Source of the DNA: Chiloscyllium plagiosum
Lineage: Eukaryota
Direction: 5' to 3'
NCBI RefSeq assembly: GCF_004010195.1
Contig: NC_057760.1
Location: forward strand, 540,432-604,431
Length of the DNA: 64,000 nucleotides
Within the stretch, counting starts at the first letter, position 1; the number at the start of each line of letters is the position of its first letter. Made by a program: the position numbers and the translations under genes. The notes below the pieces were generated by a model that was not told the origin of the DNA, did not search any database, and worked only from the letters and a program-made list of their open reading frames with translations. Positions 23,005-38,175 of the stretch are shown here, one piece after another.

Positions 23005-23585
23005 ATAAGCATGAGTTGGAATGCCACGGTGTGCCTGTTCAGGACATTAGTTAGGACATCTTCGAAACACTGCACTCAGATCTGCTCTCCCTGCTATAAG
23101 GAGGATGTTGGTAAGCTTGAAAGGATGAAGAAAAGATTCACAAGGATGCTATAGGGAAAGGCTGAATAAGCCGGGATTATTTTTCCTGGAGTGTTGGAGC
23201 CTGAGGGATGACCTTAAAGAGATTTTTAAAATCATGAGGGGTATGGATAGGGTGAACAGACAAGTTAGGTTTTCCCCAAGACAGGAGAATCCAAAGCTAG
23301 AGGCCATAGATTAACGGTGAGAGGGGAAATATTTAGAAGGGATCAGAGAGGCAACGTTTTCACGCAAAGGGTGGTGGGTGCATGGAAAGAGCTGCCAAAG
23401 GAAGTGGAGGAGGCTGGTACAATCACAACATTTAGAAGACATCTGTTTGGGTTCATGAATAGGAAGGGTTGAGAGAGATATGTGCCTAGATTAACGTGCC
23501 TAGACTAGATTAATTTAGTATATATGGTAGGCATGGACGAGTTAGACTGAAGGGTCTGTTTCCACGTTGTACATCTCTATGACTT
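23005..23585 (+). mobile_element. CR1 LINE 3' end
   Basis: RTLVRT..PCYKEDVGKLERMKKRFTRML and 3' UTR. Confidence 0.9.
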
Positions 23586-24289
23586 TACGATAACCAAACA
23601 TGCTCATGCACACACAGTCAGCCAGCCACTGCTCTGGGAGCGATTCATCCTCCAGCTTCTCATCAATGCCCACAAAACCTCGAAAGGCACTTGGCAGTGT
23701 AAACAACAACTGCCCTGGTGGCTGAGATGCCCGAAGCACCTCCTGGCATCTGGGGGGAGCAATTTTCACCAGAGCCAGGAAGGTGATAGATACCAGTGGT
23801 CCCCTGGTGCCACGTGGTCCCTCTCTCACCCTGCACTTTCTCTATTCTAGCCTTATGCCAGCCAAACATCATTCTTGTTAACAAGATTCATCAGAAAAGA
23901 ACTGAACTGACGCGTTAAGGAATAAATGAATCCACGATAAAGAAAAAAGTTTTTAAGAAAGGTTGTTGTGGGCAATGAGTGGGTGGGAAATTGATGGAAT
24001 CTTCTCGGTGTGAAATGAAAAGACTTCAGAATCAACAATGCCAGACTCCGCGCTATAAAAAGCATGTGTATAGCAGCCACTTCCTGTCAATGTCACACTT
24101 ATTTCCTCCCACCCTCCACAACCGTCCCTCAAAAACGTCAGTCTCATCTCACTGACAGCAAACAATTCCATTCACACGTTAAAGCAATTACGTTGAAACA
24201 AAATCACCACAAGGTATTCTCCAGCTCCAGTCACTAACAATCAACATTTCTCAGGAAGGCACACTCCCACACCCTAGACTGAAAAGGTT

Positions 24290-24940
24290 AAAAATGGAAT
24301 ATTGTCCTTCACTGTTAGAGGGATGACGTTTAAAAACAGGGAGGTTATGCTGCAGCTGTATAGGGTGCTGGTGAGGCCACATCTGGAGTACTGTGTACAG
24401 TTTCAGCCTCCTTACTTGAGAAAGGATGTACTGGCACTGGGGGGGGGGGGGGGGGGGGGGGTGCAGAGGAGGTTCAATGGGTTGATTCTGGAGTTAAGAG
24501 GGTTGCCTTATGAGGAGAGATTGAGCAGACTGAGACTATACTCATTGGACTTTAGAAGCATAAGAGGGGGAATCTTATAGAAACATAAAATTATGAAGGG
24601 AATACATAAGCTGGAAGCAAGGAGGTTGTTTCCACTGGCGGGTGAAACTGGAACTATCGGGCATAGCCTCAAAATAACGGGGAGCAGATTTAGGACTGAG
24701 TTGAGGAGGAACTTCTGCACCCAAAAGGCTGTGAATCTGGGAAATTCCCTGCCCAGTGAAGCAGTTGAGGCTACCTTGTTGAATGTTTTTAAGGCAAAGA
24801 CAGATTAGATTTTTGAGCAGTAAAGGAAGTCAGGGTTATGATGAGCAGACGCGTTGAGTGGAGTTGAGTACATGAAAAGATCAGCCATGATCTTACTGAA
24901 ATGGCAGAACAGTGTCAATGGGCCAGATACTTCTGCTTAT
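24290..24940 (+). mobile_element. CR1 LINE 3' end (different subfamily)
   Basis: LYRVLVRPHLEYCVQF, TIGHSLKI..FRTELRRNF. Confidence 0.9.
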
Positions 24941-25864
24941 GTTGTAGGATTTGCTTGCTATAAACATTTCTCAGGAAGCCACATTCCTGCACCCTAGACT
25001 GAAAAGATTGCAGAATTTACTTATTATGTGTTTTATAAAGTGAATTCGAGGGATGAGGGCTCATTTAGAAGCTACTCCCAAGTGCCGTGGAGGTGGTGAT
25101 GCTGAGCTGTCTGAATTTGAGTTGTTGCAGTCCCACCTCAGCCCACAACAATGACAACGCTCTTGGCTGGCAAGTGTGCGAAATCGAATCCAATTTAATT
25201 CAGGATACTTGGGATTAACACACTGCATCTATTTAGAGCCTTTAATTTGCTGGGAAGAGGTTTAGGGAGCGATTTCCAGAGCTTGAGATCCAGCAGCGAT
25301 CAATAGTATTTAGGCTTTCAATCTTCATTGTGCAATATTGCCTGAGCTGAGGCAAGCCTCACAATGGAACAGGGATAGTGAGAGAAGAGTCACTTCAGAA
25401 GGAGAGAAATAGTGAGGAAACAATTCAAGTTCAGAGTAGGGAGAGGGCAGAAAAAGGAGGAGATCACTGCAATCCAAATAGGGTATTAATAACAGCGTCA
25501 GACACGAGAGGAAGCTTGAATGATACATTCAATATTCCAAAGGGACTTGACAGGGCAGACGCACAGTGAAAGTTGCCTCTTCTGGGAGAATCTAGATGCA
25601 GGGATCACAGTCTAAAACTAAGGGGATGGTCCATTTTTGACAGAAAATAGGCTTTTTTTTTTGCTCATGTAAGTGGAATTCTCATTGCGAAAAGATGGTG
25701 AAAGACGAGATGGTATTATCTTTGTTTCAGGCAGAGATAGGTAGATTCTTTGTAAACTAGGTAGTGTAGGTTGTCAGGGATGCAGAATTAAGATTACAAT
25801 GAGATCAGTAACAATGGTGGAGCAGACTCAATGGGTTGGAATATCGCAATTACACCTCTATCTT

Positions 25865-28030
25865 ATATAGAGCAATACAGCGCAGAACAGGTCCTTCGGC
25901 CCTCGGTTTGCACTGACCTGTAAACTAATCTAAGCCCATCCCCCTATATTATAATCATCCACGTGCTTCTCCAAGGATTGTTTAAATGTCCCTGATGTGG
26001 CTGAATTGGCAGGCAGGGCATTCCACGCCCTTTACAGTCTCTAATAACCTGCCTCTGACATTTGTCTTAAATCTATCACCCCCTCAATTTGCAGTTATGC
26101 CCCCTTCTACAAGTCGACGTCATCCTCCTAGGAAAAAGACTTTCACTGTCCACCCTATCTAATCCTCTGATCATCTTGGATGTCTATCAAATGCCCTCTT
26201 GGTCGTCTTCTCTCCAATGAGAGCAGACCCAAATCTCTCAGCGTTTCCTCATAAAAGCTTCCCTCCAGCCAAGGCAACATCCTGGAAAATCTCCTCTGCA
26301 CTTGTTCCAATGCTTCCACATCCTTCCTGTAATGGGGCGACCAGAACTGTACACAGTGTTTTGTATAGTTGCAGCATAACATTACAGCTCCAGAACTCAG
26401 TAACTCTACCAATAAAACCTAACACACCTATTGCTTTCTTAACAGCACTGTCAACCTGGGTGGCAACTTTAAGGGATCTATGTACACGGACTCCAAGATC
26501 CCTCTGCACATCCACACTACCAAGAACCTTTCCATCGACCCAGTACTCTGCCTTCCTGTTATTCTTACCAAAGTGAATCACCCCACATTTATCTGCATTG
26601 AACTCCATTTGCCACCTCTCAGCCCAATTCTGCAGTTTATCCAAGTCCTCCTGCAAGAGTCTTCCATATTGTCCACCACTCCACCGACTTTAGTGTCATC
26701 TGCAAACTTACTAACCCATCCACCCATGCCTGTGTCCAAGTCATTTATAAAAATGACAAACAGCAGTGGCCCCAAAACAGATCTTTGTTGCACACCACTA
26801 GTAAGTGAACTCCAGGCTGAATATTTTCCATTAACCACCACTTGCTGCCTTCTTACAGAAAGCCAGTTTCTAATCCAAACTGCTAAATCACCCTCAGCCC
26901 AATGCCTCTGCATTTTCTCCAATAACCTTATCAAAGGCTTTACTGAAGTCCATGTACACCACGTCAACTGCCCTACCCTCATCCACATGCTTGGTCACCT
27001 TCTCAACAAATTCAATGATGCTTGTGAGACATGACCTGCCCTTGACAAAACCATGTTGACCACCTGCAATCGAATTGTTGCTTGCTAGGTGATTATAAAT
27101 CCTTCCCAAAACGTTTCCTACAACAGACGGAGGGCTCACTGGTCTATAATTACCTGGGTCATCTCTACTGCCCTGCTTGAACAACATTTGCCATCCTCCA
27201 GTCCTCTACTAAACCTGTAGACAATGACAACTCAAAGATCAAGACCAAAGGCTCCAACATCTCCTCCCGAGCTTCCCAGAGAACCCTCTGATAAATCTCA
27301 TCCAGCCTAGGGGACTTGTCTACTTTCACTCCTTTTCGAACTGATAATACCTCTTCCTTACTAACCTCTATCCTTTCTAGTCTAAATATGCCATATCTCA
27401 TTCTTCTCCTCTATAATATTCTCCTTTCCTTGAGTGAAAACAGATGAGAAATATTCATTTAGCACCTCTCTGATCTCTACAGGATCCACACACAGATTTC
27501 CACTTCTGTCTTTGACAGGCCCTACTCCTACCCTAGTCATCCTTTTATTTCTCACATACCTATAGAAAACTTTAGGATTCCCCCTTATCCTACATACTAA
27601 AGACTGCTCATGTCCTCGCCTTGCTCCTCATAACTCTCTCTTTAAATTCTTCCTAGCTAAACTGTAACTCTCCATAGCCTCATCTGAACCATCTCGTCTC
27701 AACTTCACATAAGCCTCCTCCTTCCGCTTAACAAGAGATACAATTTCTTTAGTAAACCACAGTTCCCTTACCTTATCACATCCTGCCTGCCTGACAGGGA
27801 CATACCCAACAAGGACATGCAGTATCTGTTCCTTAAACCAGCTCCACATTTCCATTGTCTGCATCCCCTGCATTTTGCTACCCCTTTCTACGCATCCAAA
27901 GTCTTGCCTAATCGCATTATAATTGCCCTCCCCCATCTATAACTGTTACCCTGTGGCATGTACATATCCCTTTCCACCACTAAACTAAATGTAACCGAGT
28001 TATGGTCACTTCCTCCAAAGTGCTCACCTA
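25865..28030 (-). mobile_element. CR1 LINE, 2.1-kb 5'-truncated copy
   Basis: PGNYRPVS, QHGFVKGRSCLT, DVVYMDFSKAFDKV, KFADDTK, WQMEFNADKC, spread over several frames. Confidence 0.95.
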
Positions 28031-30619
28031 CCCGGACTCATGAACTTATCCAACATCCAATTTACAGGATTATTTTCCATCTGAGGGAGGCTAGACTGGC
28101 AAATGGCGGCAGAATACCCTAGTGAGAGGTGAAGCTCCTAGAGGGAAAAGTAGAAATCCTGCCTGGTTATTATCTCCCTCCTCAACAGCCAAAGCCAAGT
28201 ATCTCAACACAGACTAGAAATGGAAGAAATCAAACCACAGTGCCAAAGCGACAACACATCTTGTGCTAGGATTTGAAGGAAACTCAAGGACAAAATTAAC
28301 ATGGTAATTCCACTTCACCATCGGGCTTGGGCACTGACACAGAGTTCTGACTGAAAAAATGTGAACTTGTTCAGACGAATTTGGCACATGTGCCGGCGAT
28401 ACTGATGACAGCCTCCCAAAACTATCCAGCTAACAGGATCTGGTAACTCTCACACGAGTTTTCGACTTTGAAACTTGTTTTTCCTGTCTTCATGGGACGA
28501 GGAAGGAAATAAATTAAAGTGGTATTGAGTTAGACTGTCAGAGGAAGCTGCGCGTGTTGCAATATTCTTATCAATCCTCCCTGGCAGGCTTGTAACTTTG
28601 CTTTGGCACTGCATCCGTGTTTTCTGGCACAGCGCATACATGATCAGGTATTACATGGCAGCCCAGATGGTATTAAGGTGACATCCAACTTTACACAGGC
28701 CCCACCAACACTGCAGCCACTAACGTACTTGGAGAGCAGACGATCTTTCTGTGCTATCAGGAGACAGCCACAGTACCCTGAACTAAATTATACTAATGGA
28801 ACGCAGGCTGATGGCATCTGCTCAGACCAAATGGATTTCCCTGATTGAATTAATGGAGGCTACACAGATTAATGCCTTCATTAGCCTTCAGTCACCAAGG
28901 CCTTGCTCAGAATAGACAGCACACTGGTACTGCTCCTCCCGTGAGACAACATCACATCAGTATACCTTGCCAGACAGCCTCTGTAATTCACCTGACTACC
29001 GGGGTCGGGTCAGCAAGCAGGAGCAGACTCTTTGTTCAAAGGAGGCCTCACAGCCAGTCTCAAGTACTATTCTCGACCAAGGGGTGCAGTTGCCGCTCAA
29101 TGATAATTCAAAGCAGAATCTTATACATTTCTGCTCACCCAACCCACACATGAACCCTCTACGACTAATCTGGCTTGTACAATTTTTCTTTGAGAGCCCG
29201 ATGTAATTAACTCTCATGAATTTGGGCCTCATTGGTGGACAAGTGCCAGCCTTACCATCGACAATTGCCCTCAATGCGGCAAAACAGGCCGCATTCTTAA
29301 ACCACAGGTTATGCATTTGAGCAGAGAAGCAGCTTATGTCCCACAGATGGCATGACCACTTTGCAAAACCGCACGGTCCTTCCTGCAAGGGTTTTACTTG
29401 CATTCGTAAGTGACAGACAGACAAAAACAGCAGTAAGGTGAAACAGCTGTTCTACTTGGGAAGAGATCAACATTCAAGCATGTCTGTGCAGCCTCAAAAC
29501 ACAAGGACTTAAGACAGCCCAATTAACAAGGGTGCGCCCAAACTATAATACCTGAAGCTTATAAGTCAGCATTAGACTCAGAATGGGTGTTTCCCTTCTC
29601 TTGACAGCTTCCATTAGTTTCTCACTGTGTCTATTCACCCAGCTATCACCACACCCACAACGTTTATAATCAAAACCCAAAGTTCCATAAGTATCATCAC
29701 CCTACAAATCTAAGAATTTAATGACATGTTAAATGAAGCAAACAGCCAATTACCAATCACTGCAAAGCTAAGTAATGGATCAACCAATTACCTAAACTTT
29801 CCTGCCACATACTCTATCTGATCGCCCCACGAGCTGCACTGGCTCACGATCCAGTAGAAAGTTTCCACCTTCATTTTCAAATCATCAGCACTGACCTGTG
29901 GCCAAAGGTGGTGCTCCCTCAGCACTGACACACTGATAGCATAACGCTTCGCTGGTACCAACAGTCCGACAACATGAATACTGCCACTGAGAACGCAGGC
30001 CCGGATTAGACACTCAAAAGTCTCCAGAGCAGGAGCTCAGGCAAGTGACTCAGGCAAGTGAGAGTAACTCACAGCAAACCACAGGAGACTCGGTAGCATC
30101 CTGAGCAACAGGTAGCAACCAAACAGAGAAACACGTTTCATCACTTTCGGCAGGCCCTCCCCCACTTTGCAACATTGTGCAAAATTGGTAAGATCCACCC
30201 TCTCCTTTCCTTGCTCCCCAACTCCAACGACGCTCAAGACGGGAGAACTGGTTGATCGAGTCTTGAGGGGAAGAGGAGAATTACAGCAAGAATATCCACT
30301 GTTTAATCATTTACCCGAAACACTCGTGAAACAAAAGGCGTTATTTTTGGAACAGTGTAGCCAAATTAAAACCAGCTCAACTTGTATTTCTAAATTCACA
30401 GGCTGCGCCAACAGCTCTGCATAGAACAAAAATGGCAAATTTATTTTAAGCAGCTCTGCCTCGGGGACAATTCTGACATCTAATTGGGAGAGTGGTTGTC
30501 ATTTTCCCCTTTGACGTAAACTTCGAAGGTTGTGCAAAAATACTCCTACTGAAAGTATAGGTGTTGCCCACCCAGATGTGTGTTGTTTCTTGATTCTGGT
30601 TTCCATATCACAAAAGAAG

Positions 30620-31220
30620 CACATTGCTCAGTCCTTTAAGTATAGGAGTTGGGAACTCATGTTGAGGTTATACAAGACATTGGTGAGGCCTCTTCTGGAG
30701 TACTGTGCCCAGTTCTGATCACCCTGTTACAGGAAGGATATTATTAAGCTAAGGAGGACTCAAGAGATTTACCAAGATGTTGCTAGGTCTGGAACATTGA
30801 GTTATTTAAAAAAAGCTGGATAGGCTTGGACTTTTCCCATTGGAGCACAGAAAGTTGAGCAGTGACCTTCTTGAGGTATATAAAATCACTAAGGGTATAG
30901 AAAGGGTTAATGACAGGTGTCTTTTCCCTAGGAGGGGAGGAATTTCAAGACTGGGGGCATATTTTTAAGGTGAGAGGAGAGATTTTTAAAAAGGGGGCTT
31001 TTTTTTTTTACACAGTGGGTAGTTTGTGTGGAATGAACTTCCTGAGGAAGTGCTGGATGCGAGCACAGTTAAAACGTTTAAAGACATTTGGATAAGTACA
31101 TGAATAGGAAAGGTTTGGAGGGATATGGGCCAGGTGCAGGCAGGTGGGACTAGTTTAGTTTGAATTTGTGTTCGGCATGGACTGGTTGGACTGAAGGGTC
31201 TGCTTCTGTGCTCTATGACT
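30620..31220 (+). mobile_element. CR1 LINE 3' end
   Basis: [16 protein letters not shown] and 3' UTR. Confidence 0.9.
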
Positions 31221-33599
31221 TTGAGTTCATAAAATGATTTACGGGAGGGACCAGTGAAGTAGTTGTGAAAAGGCTGCCTACCCAGGCCAGAGAGGCTAGA
31301 ACTAAGGGTTATAGCCTCAGGGTAAGCGATCAGCCATTTAGACCTTCTAAAATACATTCCTCAAACTGTCATCTAACAACATCAGAGCCCTAGAACTGAT
31401 ATGACGAGACAGGAGACGATATAATGAAACCAGCCTTGTGCAGGCAATAATGTTATTGAGAAAGCTTAATTTTCAGCAGGGTATTGGTATTATGACCCCC
31501 ACTCTTCCTGTCATAGTTGAATCAGACTTGTGTGGACACACTCCCATTCCAGAACTCTCTGATAATACTCAGAAATATCGCAAACTGCAAGGTTGGTAAC
31601 GACAGACTTCAAGAGGATACAGGATAGGCTGCTGGATCAAGCAGCTAATTGTCGCAATTTTCCGCAGTGAAGTTTATTTGGATAGAAAGGGGACCAATCT
31701 TATTAAATAATGAAAGGGGCTGCAGGTGCAATGGGACCCAAGTGCACGCGCACAAATCACCGAAGGTGGTATGGTCGGTGGACAATGCAGAACATTTGAC
31801 GTCCTGGGCTTTACAAACAATGGAATGGTGTACAAAAGCAAAAAAAAAGTTACGTATGAACACTGCCAGACTGGGACCTAGATTGTAAATACCAGTTGGG
31901 CCAGTTTCTAGGCCGGAGATTCGATACAAGCCGGGAAAACAAGACCTCAACTGACTGAGAATATCGAAGATTTAGCCCAGGGGAGGAGAAAAGATAGGGT
32001 CCAATAAAATAGTGCATTAAGAGACCCACGAAGTCTCAATGGGCCAAATGGCCTTATTTCACATTATACTAGCGTCTAATTCTATCCCATATTTAGCATT
32101 CCCAGCACACTGGCCCATTTAGCATGCAACTAATCTAATGTGTAAAAACCATTAACAACACAGCGACTAACCAGCACCACACTCTTCAATGAAGCAGGTC
32201 TCACAAAGCACGCTGAGAAGGCATAGTGCTGCCAATAACTAGTGTTAACATTCTACACATTCAGCTGCTCTACACGCTACCACACAGCACCAGCACCTCA
32301 TACGTTACCTCGCAATCTCGCCACGAGCTGCCCGTACCACAGCCGCAGTTCTACACCAGGAAAGACAAGCCCAGTGAAAAGAGAGAACTTGGAAGGAAGG
32401 ATCGCTGCAATAAGAAAGAAGTTAGAAACCGCGCAAGACTTTGCCCCCTCCCCTCAAACCGCCCCAATGCCTACAAAACCTCATTTCCTCCCAGATCTTG
32501 TGACCCAAAGAAATTGTACTTCACTAGCACCTCTCACCACTGCAATGCTTGGCCACTGTTGCAAGGTAGGGGACACAAGGCCAATTTGCACACAATAGCT
32601 CCAATAAACGATTCAGAGCAGAGAAACTGGTGACAATGGCTAAGGTAGAACATTAGACCCCGCACACCCAGAAGAACTATTCCTCAACACTCCCTCCCAA
32701 GCCCAATGGATAGAGCTCTGGCATATTAAGAATTAGCTCGATTCACTGAGGGCAGCCATTGCTGCCCAATGCATCGGAGCTTCAAACCCGACCTTAGGTG
32801 TCCACAGAATAAAATCCAAGCAGATGCTACAATCCTGGGCTGCACAATCTCCCGTGACATTTGCCAAATAGTGCTGGAAATCCACAAATCCCAAGTAGTC
32901 TGAAGGCAATCTTTAAACAACTGGCATGGGGTTGGGTAAATAAGTCACGCAAAATCAATTCCGGCTTCCAAACTATTACAGAAATAACACACATCACATG
33001 TTATTCATCCATGGCAAACCCTTTGTAACAGCGCACACCCAGAAGTTAAGAACTGCACACCATGCCAAACATTTAAACTATTTTCACAAAAGCATTCCAA
33101 CCACCCAACTCCAGATAATCACCAGGCTCAGACTGGTTATCAAGCATTAGTTGAACTCCTTCACTCATCACCTTTGGTTCACACCGGGGCAGGCCACTCA
33201 GCATGTACATAGCAGTCACTGTTCACACCCAACTACTGCCTGGGCATTGCAGGGAGGGTGGTGTACAATAGAAAGCAGGCTTTACACTGCGACTTCAGCA
33301 GGTTCTAGCTAATAAAACCTATTTACCATAGCAAACCACACACAAGCATCAGACTGTGGTGCAGTGGCAGTGTTTTCCAACTCCTATCAGACTCTTAGTG
33401 ATTTACTTTGTTTTAGAATCCTGTGATGTAGTGTTATCATCTGTGGGCCAAAAAGATATATGGGTTCAATTCCTCCCATAACCCAAGCTGAGTAAAATAA
33501 GTCCAAACAGGTTTTTAAAAACATCTCTCTGAGCCATCGTGCCTCCAACGCATGCCATCTGCAAATGATTGAGAGGCTTCTCCTCAGTGTTTTTTTAAA

Positions 33600-33905
33600 A
33601 TTCATTCATGGCATCACTAACCAGGTCGGCATTTATTCCCCATCCCCAATTGCCCAGAGGTTAGTTAAGGGTCAGCCACGTCACTATGGGTCTGGAGTCG
33701 CATGCAGGACTTTAGTGAACTAAATGGGTTTTTCCAACAATTGAAAATGGATTCAGTCAGCATTAGTCTCTCAATTCCAGGCTTTTGTTGAATTCAAAAA
33801 GCAACCATCTGCTGTGGCAGGATTTGAACCCGGGTCCCCAAAATATTATGTGGGTCTCGAGATGAATAGTCCATTGATAAAAACCACTAGGGCATCACCT
33901 CCCCA
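33600..33905 (-). mobile_element. tRNA-derived SINE (non-HE1 family)
   Basis: Minus strand GGGGAGGTGATGCCCTAGTGG...GGGTTCAAATCCTGCC; its 3' tail (GGGCAATTGGGGATGGGGAATAAATG) is shared with the LINE tail at 60660-60900. Confidence 0.65.
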
Positions 33906-34844
33906 TTTGACTGTTCGTGCTGTTGGCAAACCTGAATACAGTAGGTCACATCCAGACCCTAAATCAGTCATACAAAAAGGCAGACAGACCAGAGACAAAC
34001 CGAGGGTCTTCAGTTGACCTGCAACTCACCTCCATGTTTCAGCCAGAATGCAAACCGCGAGCAGGAAGTTCTAAGAAAGGGTCACGCGACCCAAAGCATT
34101 AACTGATATCTCTCCTCTGAACTGAGCTATTCCAGCAATTTCTGTTTTTGTTTCTGCTGGTGGAAAGACTCATATTTCTATAGTGTCTTGCATGGTCACG
34201 ACAAATTAAGTGCCTTAAACCAAATAAGGTACTTTTTTTCTGATGAGAAGTCACATGGGTGGACTGCAACACAAAGTTCCCAATAACCTATACGATGGCA
34301 AGGACCAGTTCATCTGCTTTTTTAAAAAACTGACCTGGGGAAGTTGGGTTGAGGGACGTATTTTGACCCAATTATTGGGGTAAATGACCTTCAAACTCTT
34401 CTGACATCAGCTGTGAAACCTGCCTCAAGGAGGTAGGTGGGTCCTTGGTCCGCTACGTTTTAGAGATTTTTACCTGCACCAGAATAATCAAGGCAGTCGG
34501 ATGGACATCTTCCCACTCAAGATCCATGTTTGGCTTCAATTTTTGAGATGTTCTGAAAGGAATTCTGAAGCCTACTCCTGCTATTGAATTCCATTACAGC
34601 ACTCAGCAGTGAAGCAGCACAAGTGATTTTGATCCATCTTACATAAAGTGAGCGTATTAGTCAGTTTTCAAATCACCAACCTCTCCACAACATCAATATA
34701 ATCCATCATATCAGCGTGCAATGACTTACTGTTTTGATGACCAATGAACGGGTGTAAGAGTTAAAACATGAAAACCAATTATTCGACCCAGTTTACCATT
34801 CACACATGCTTCACCCCTTCCTAGATACTTCAGCCACTAACCCA

Positions 34845-35110
34845 CTGTCAGAGGGCCAGGGCTGAGGTAGTGCCACACTGTTGGGAGGTTCTGTTCTTTC
34901 AAATGAGATGTTAAACAGAGGCCAAGTCTGCCTCAGGTTGACGCAGAAGAACCCATGGCCTCTATTTCAAAAAGCTGAGGGAGTTCTCCCAGTGTTGAAA
35001 GCCAGCAGCTAACCCTCAAACATCATAAATCATCAGGCCTCTACCAAAGTGTCATTTGTGGGACCTTGCTGAGCACAACTTGATGCTTTGGGACATCCAG
35101 GGGTCATAAA
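34845..35110 (+). mobile_element. DeuSINE-like (SacSINE1/AmnSINE-related) element
   Basis: TGAGATGTTAAACAGAGGCC..CTCAGGTTGACGCAGAAGAACCCATGGC..GGGAGTTCTCCCAGTGT resembles the Deu domain as recalled. Confidence 0.6.
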
Positions 35111-37884
35111 CAATCCGACACCACTGCCATATCATCAACCGTTAATCCAGCGATGACATGCACAGCCTCACAACTCTGAATAATGTTCTCAAATCTCCTG
35201 CATCTGAAAGGTTCTGCTGCTTGCCTTGGTTGATTCTCAACTGTACTTTGCAGTTCATGGGCTGAAAAGTTTCGATATTCAAAAATTAAGAACCCCGTAC
35301 TGATACTGCAGGCACAACCCAGGTTCACCCTCCTAATCTAAACTTTCCCGTCAATACATCCTAGTTGCAGCCCCTGAAAAACATTCAAGTTCCTGAGTAG
35401 ACAAGTCAGCAAATAACCCCTCCCAACAATAAGCACCTTGTACAAAATTACACCTCAACCCATTTTGGTCGCTGGTTCCTCCCAGAGATTGCAATTAAAC
35501 TTCAATATCTTGGCTCCATTATAATAAATACGTGGGCAAACTCTGCTCAGTTCCTGTGTCTGCACTGTGCAATGTCACACCCGTCTGCAGAGAGCCATTT
35601 CTTTACACCATCTCCATCCCAAGCCAGTTTGTTCCAATTATTCTGAAGCAGATTGGCCCACAGCACCAGTTCCTGGGTACCAACTCTCTTGCCAACCCAT
35701 TAAGACCTTGCCCAGGCATTCACATGCAGGACGGGTCAGTAGGCAGTCTAGTACTTGAGGCTGTTCAACTCCTCCAATCCCTGCCCACCACTTGGGAGTC
35801 TCATGTCAAATCTCATTCTCCCAGACAGCATAGGGTCTGATCCGTACTGGCACTGGGGGAATGTCAGTCAGGATTCCGCATTCACCTCTTCAGAGTGGGG
35901 AGTCCAGCCCGATCAAGGTAGGGAGTGCGACTATACCACAATCTGTACATGCAGTATAACATGGCCACAGAGTCATTTTAATAGCAAGGCAGGGTAGGTC
36001 ATAATGAAACTCCTCAAAAATTGCATTCCACATTGACTGGACAGGCAGTGCAGGAATGGTGGTTAATTGGCCTCCCTGGCTCATGTGGTGACAAAACCTA
36101 GTAGATTTACCTTCATCCAGGATGAGAAGCTGCAGAGCACTGGTGTTGACCCAGTTACATCAGCTTGCCTCGCAGACATCGAAATGAGGCCAGCCAAATG
36201 AGACACACTTTCAAACGTTCTCATTCGCTGCTGTCACATCAGTGTGCCAGGAGACAGCCAGGTCAATGCCCCGCAGACAGATATACACACAGTATACTGG
36301 GTCATGTCTGGACAGGTTGCAATTCCACAGCAAAGGGAGTAACTTTCCACAGCTGATACTTCCATGACGGTCACGGCAGATGGGACAGGGAAAGGAGCCT
36401 TCTCAAATACTCTGCACACTTTTTCTCCCCCAAAAACAGTAATCACCAGGAAAATAGTTTGGGAACACCACTTTTCCAAGTTTTGGAATTAGCTCTCCAA
36501 ACCTCTCCCACTCCTGTTGACATGCCATTTAAAACCAACCTCTTTGGTTGAGCCTTTCCCCAATATCTCAGGTTGCTTGACAACATTCCTATGAAGCACC
36601 TTAGGATGCTGAAGGCACTACGCAAAATAGAGGTTGATTAGAAGACAAAGACAGGCATCAACTGACAATGCGACAACTACGGAGTCCAGTCCAGGCCAGC
36701 CGAGGGATGAGTGCACCGTACACATCAATCCTTTGTTCTAGGTGGTTGCCACCCAAGATTGTAAACCAAGATTGCTGACGATGACAAACTGGTTATTTTG
36801 AAGTCTTGAATTGTGGAGACGTTTGCCAGAAGATTGTCGAAGATAAGCCTATCTAGACAGTGTGACACTTGCATATATGTGGCAAGATGAGGCCTTTCAG
36901 TTCTCCAGATAGCATGGAACCTAACATCACACTGCCTGGTAACCTAATGGACAATTTCTACAGGAATAATAAAAATAAGACCTGCGAACAGAACCACACA
37001 ATACTTAACTTTCCTCCTCACCCTGCGCTGAACCTAATACTTGAGCGTGAAGAATTGTGGGACAGTAAAAGTGCTACAGAAATGTAAGTTGTCCTATTCT
37101 AGAATTAACGGTGCATTTACTACCCACCATTCAGTGGCAGGCCTATATTACTCGGCTCAACATGGAAACTGAAAGCATTTGGCAATAAAAAAGCTTGCCA
37201 TCACATAGGTCAACCTCCACGCCACTTTCCCTGTGTTGTAAGGAAGCACAAGCATTAAGAATGAGGTGGCATCCTGACCCTTTGAGACACCTTGTTTTAG
37301 AACACCCCACAAAGGGGTCATATCCTCACCAACCACCCTCCCCCCCCCAACAAACAATCCAGCATTACAAAAGACCAATTCTTGCTCTTCTCAAATTCAT
37401 TGAGTAAATGTCAATCTGCTCAATTTTTCCACATAAGACAACCCCCTCATCAAATCAGCCCAGCGAAACATCCTTGAACAGATTCCTCCTCAAGCAAATC
37501 TACAACAGTGTACACCTACAGTCATTGGTTATTCCATGGCAGCCTGCAGTTGACACAGTCACCCAATGATGGAGTAACTCTGCCTCTCTGGATGATAGCA
37601 TCTGAAGGCCAGCAACACAGCACCATTGGTGTCTGATTCTAAACTTCTATTAGCCAAAAACAAACAAACCACATCAATGTAAGCCATGAAATCTAGACAG
37701 GGATGGAACTGTGCTTATGTCCAAAATGAGTTTCCAGTCCAATTCCCAAAATCTCAAAGGCTGTCTATTTTTCTTAAACATGTCCCAAAATCGTCCAGGG
37801 AAATTGATGTTTGTATTTAGCACAACAGCTTTCACACCTTCTTACATCTCATACACTTTAGAAATATTACAGGTAATTGAAAGA

Positions 37885-38175
37885 GATACATCAATTATTA
37901 GGGGTTATGAGCTCAAAGGGGGAGGGAAAAGTTTAGGGGAGATATGTGTGGAAAGTTCTTCATCCAGAGGGTGGTGGGTGCCTGGAACACGTTGCCAGTG
38001 GAGGTAGTAGAGGCAGGCATGATAGCGTCAGTTAAGATGTATCTCGACAGATACATGAATGGGCAGGGAGCAGAGGGATACAGACCGTTAGAAAATAGGC
38101 GGCAAGTTGAGATAGAGGATGGATCAGCACAGGCTTGGAGGGCCAAAGGCCCCGTCCCTGTGCTGAAATTTTCTT
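37885..38175 (+). mobile_element. CR1 LINE 3' end
   Basis: FFIQRVVGAWNTLPVEVVEAG. Confidence 0.85.
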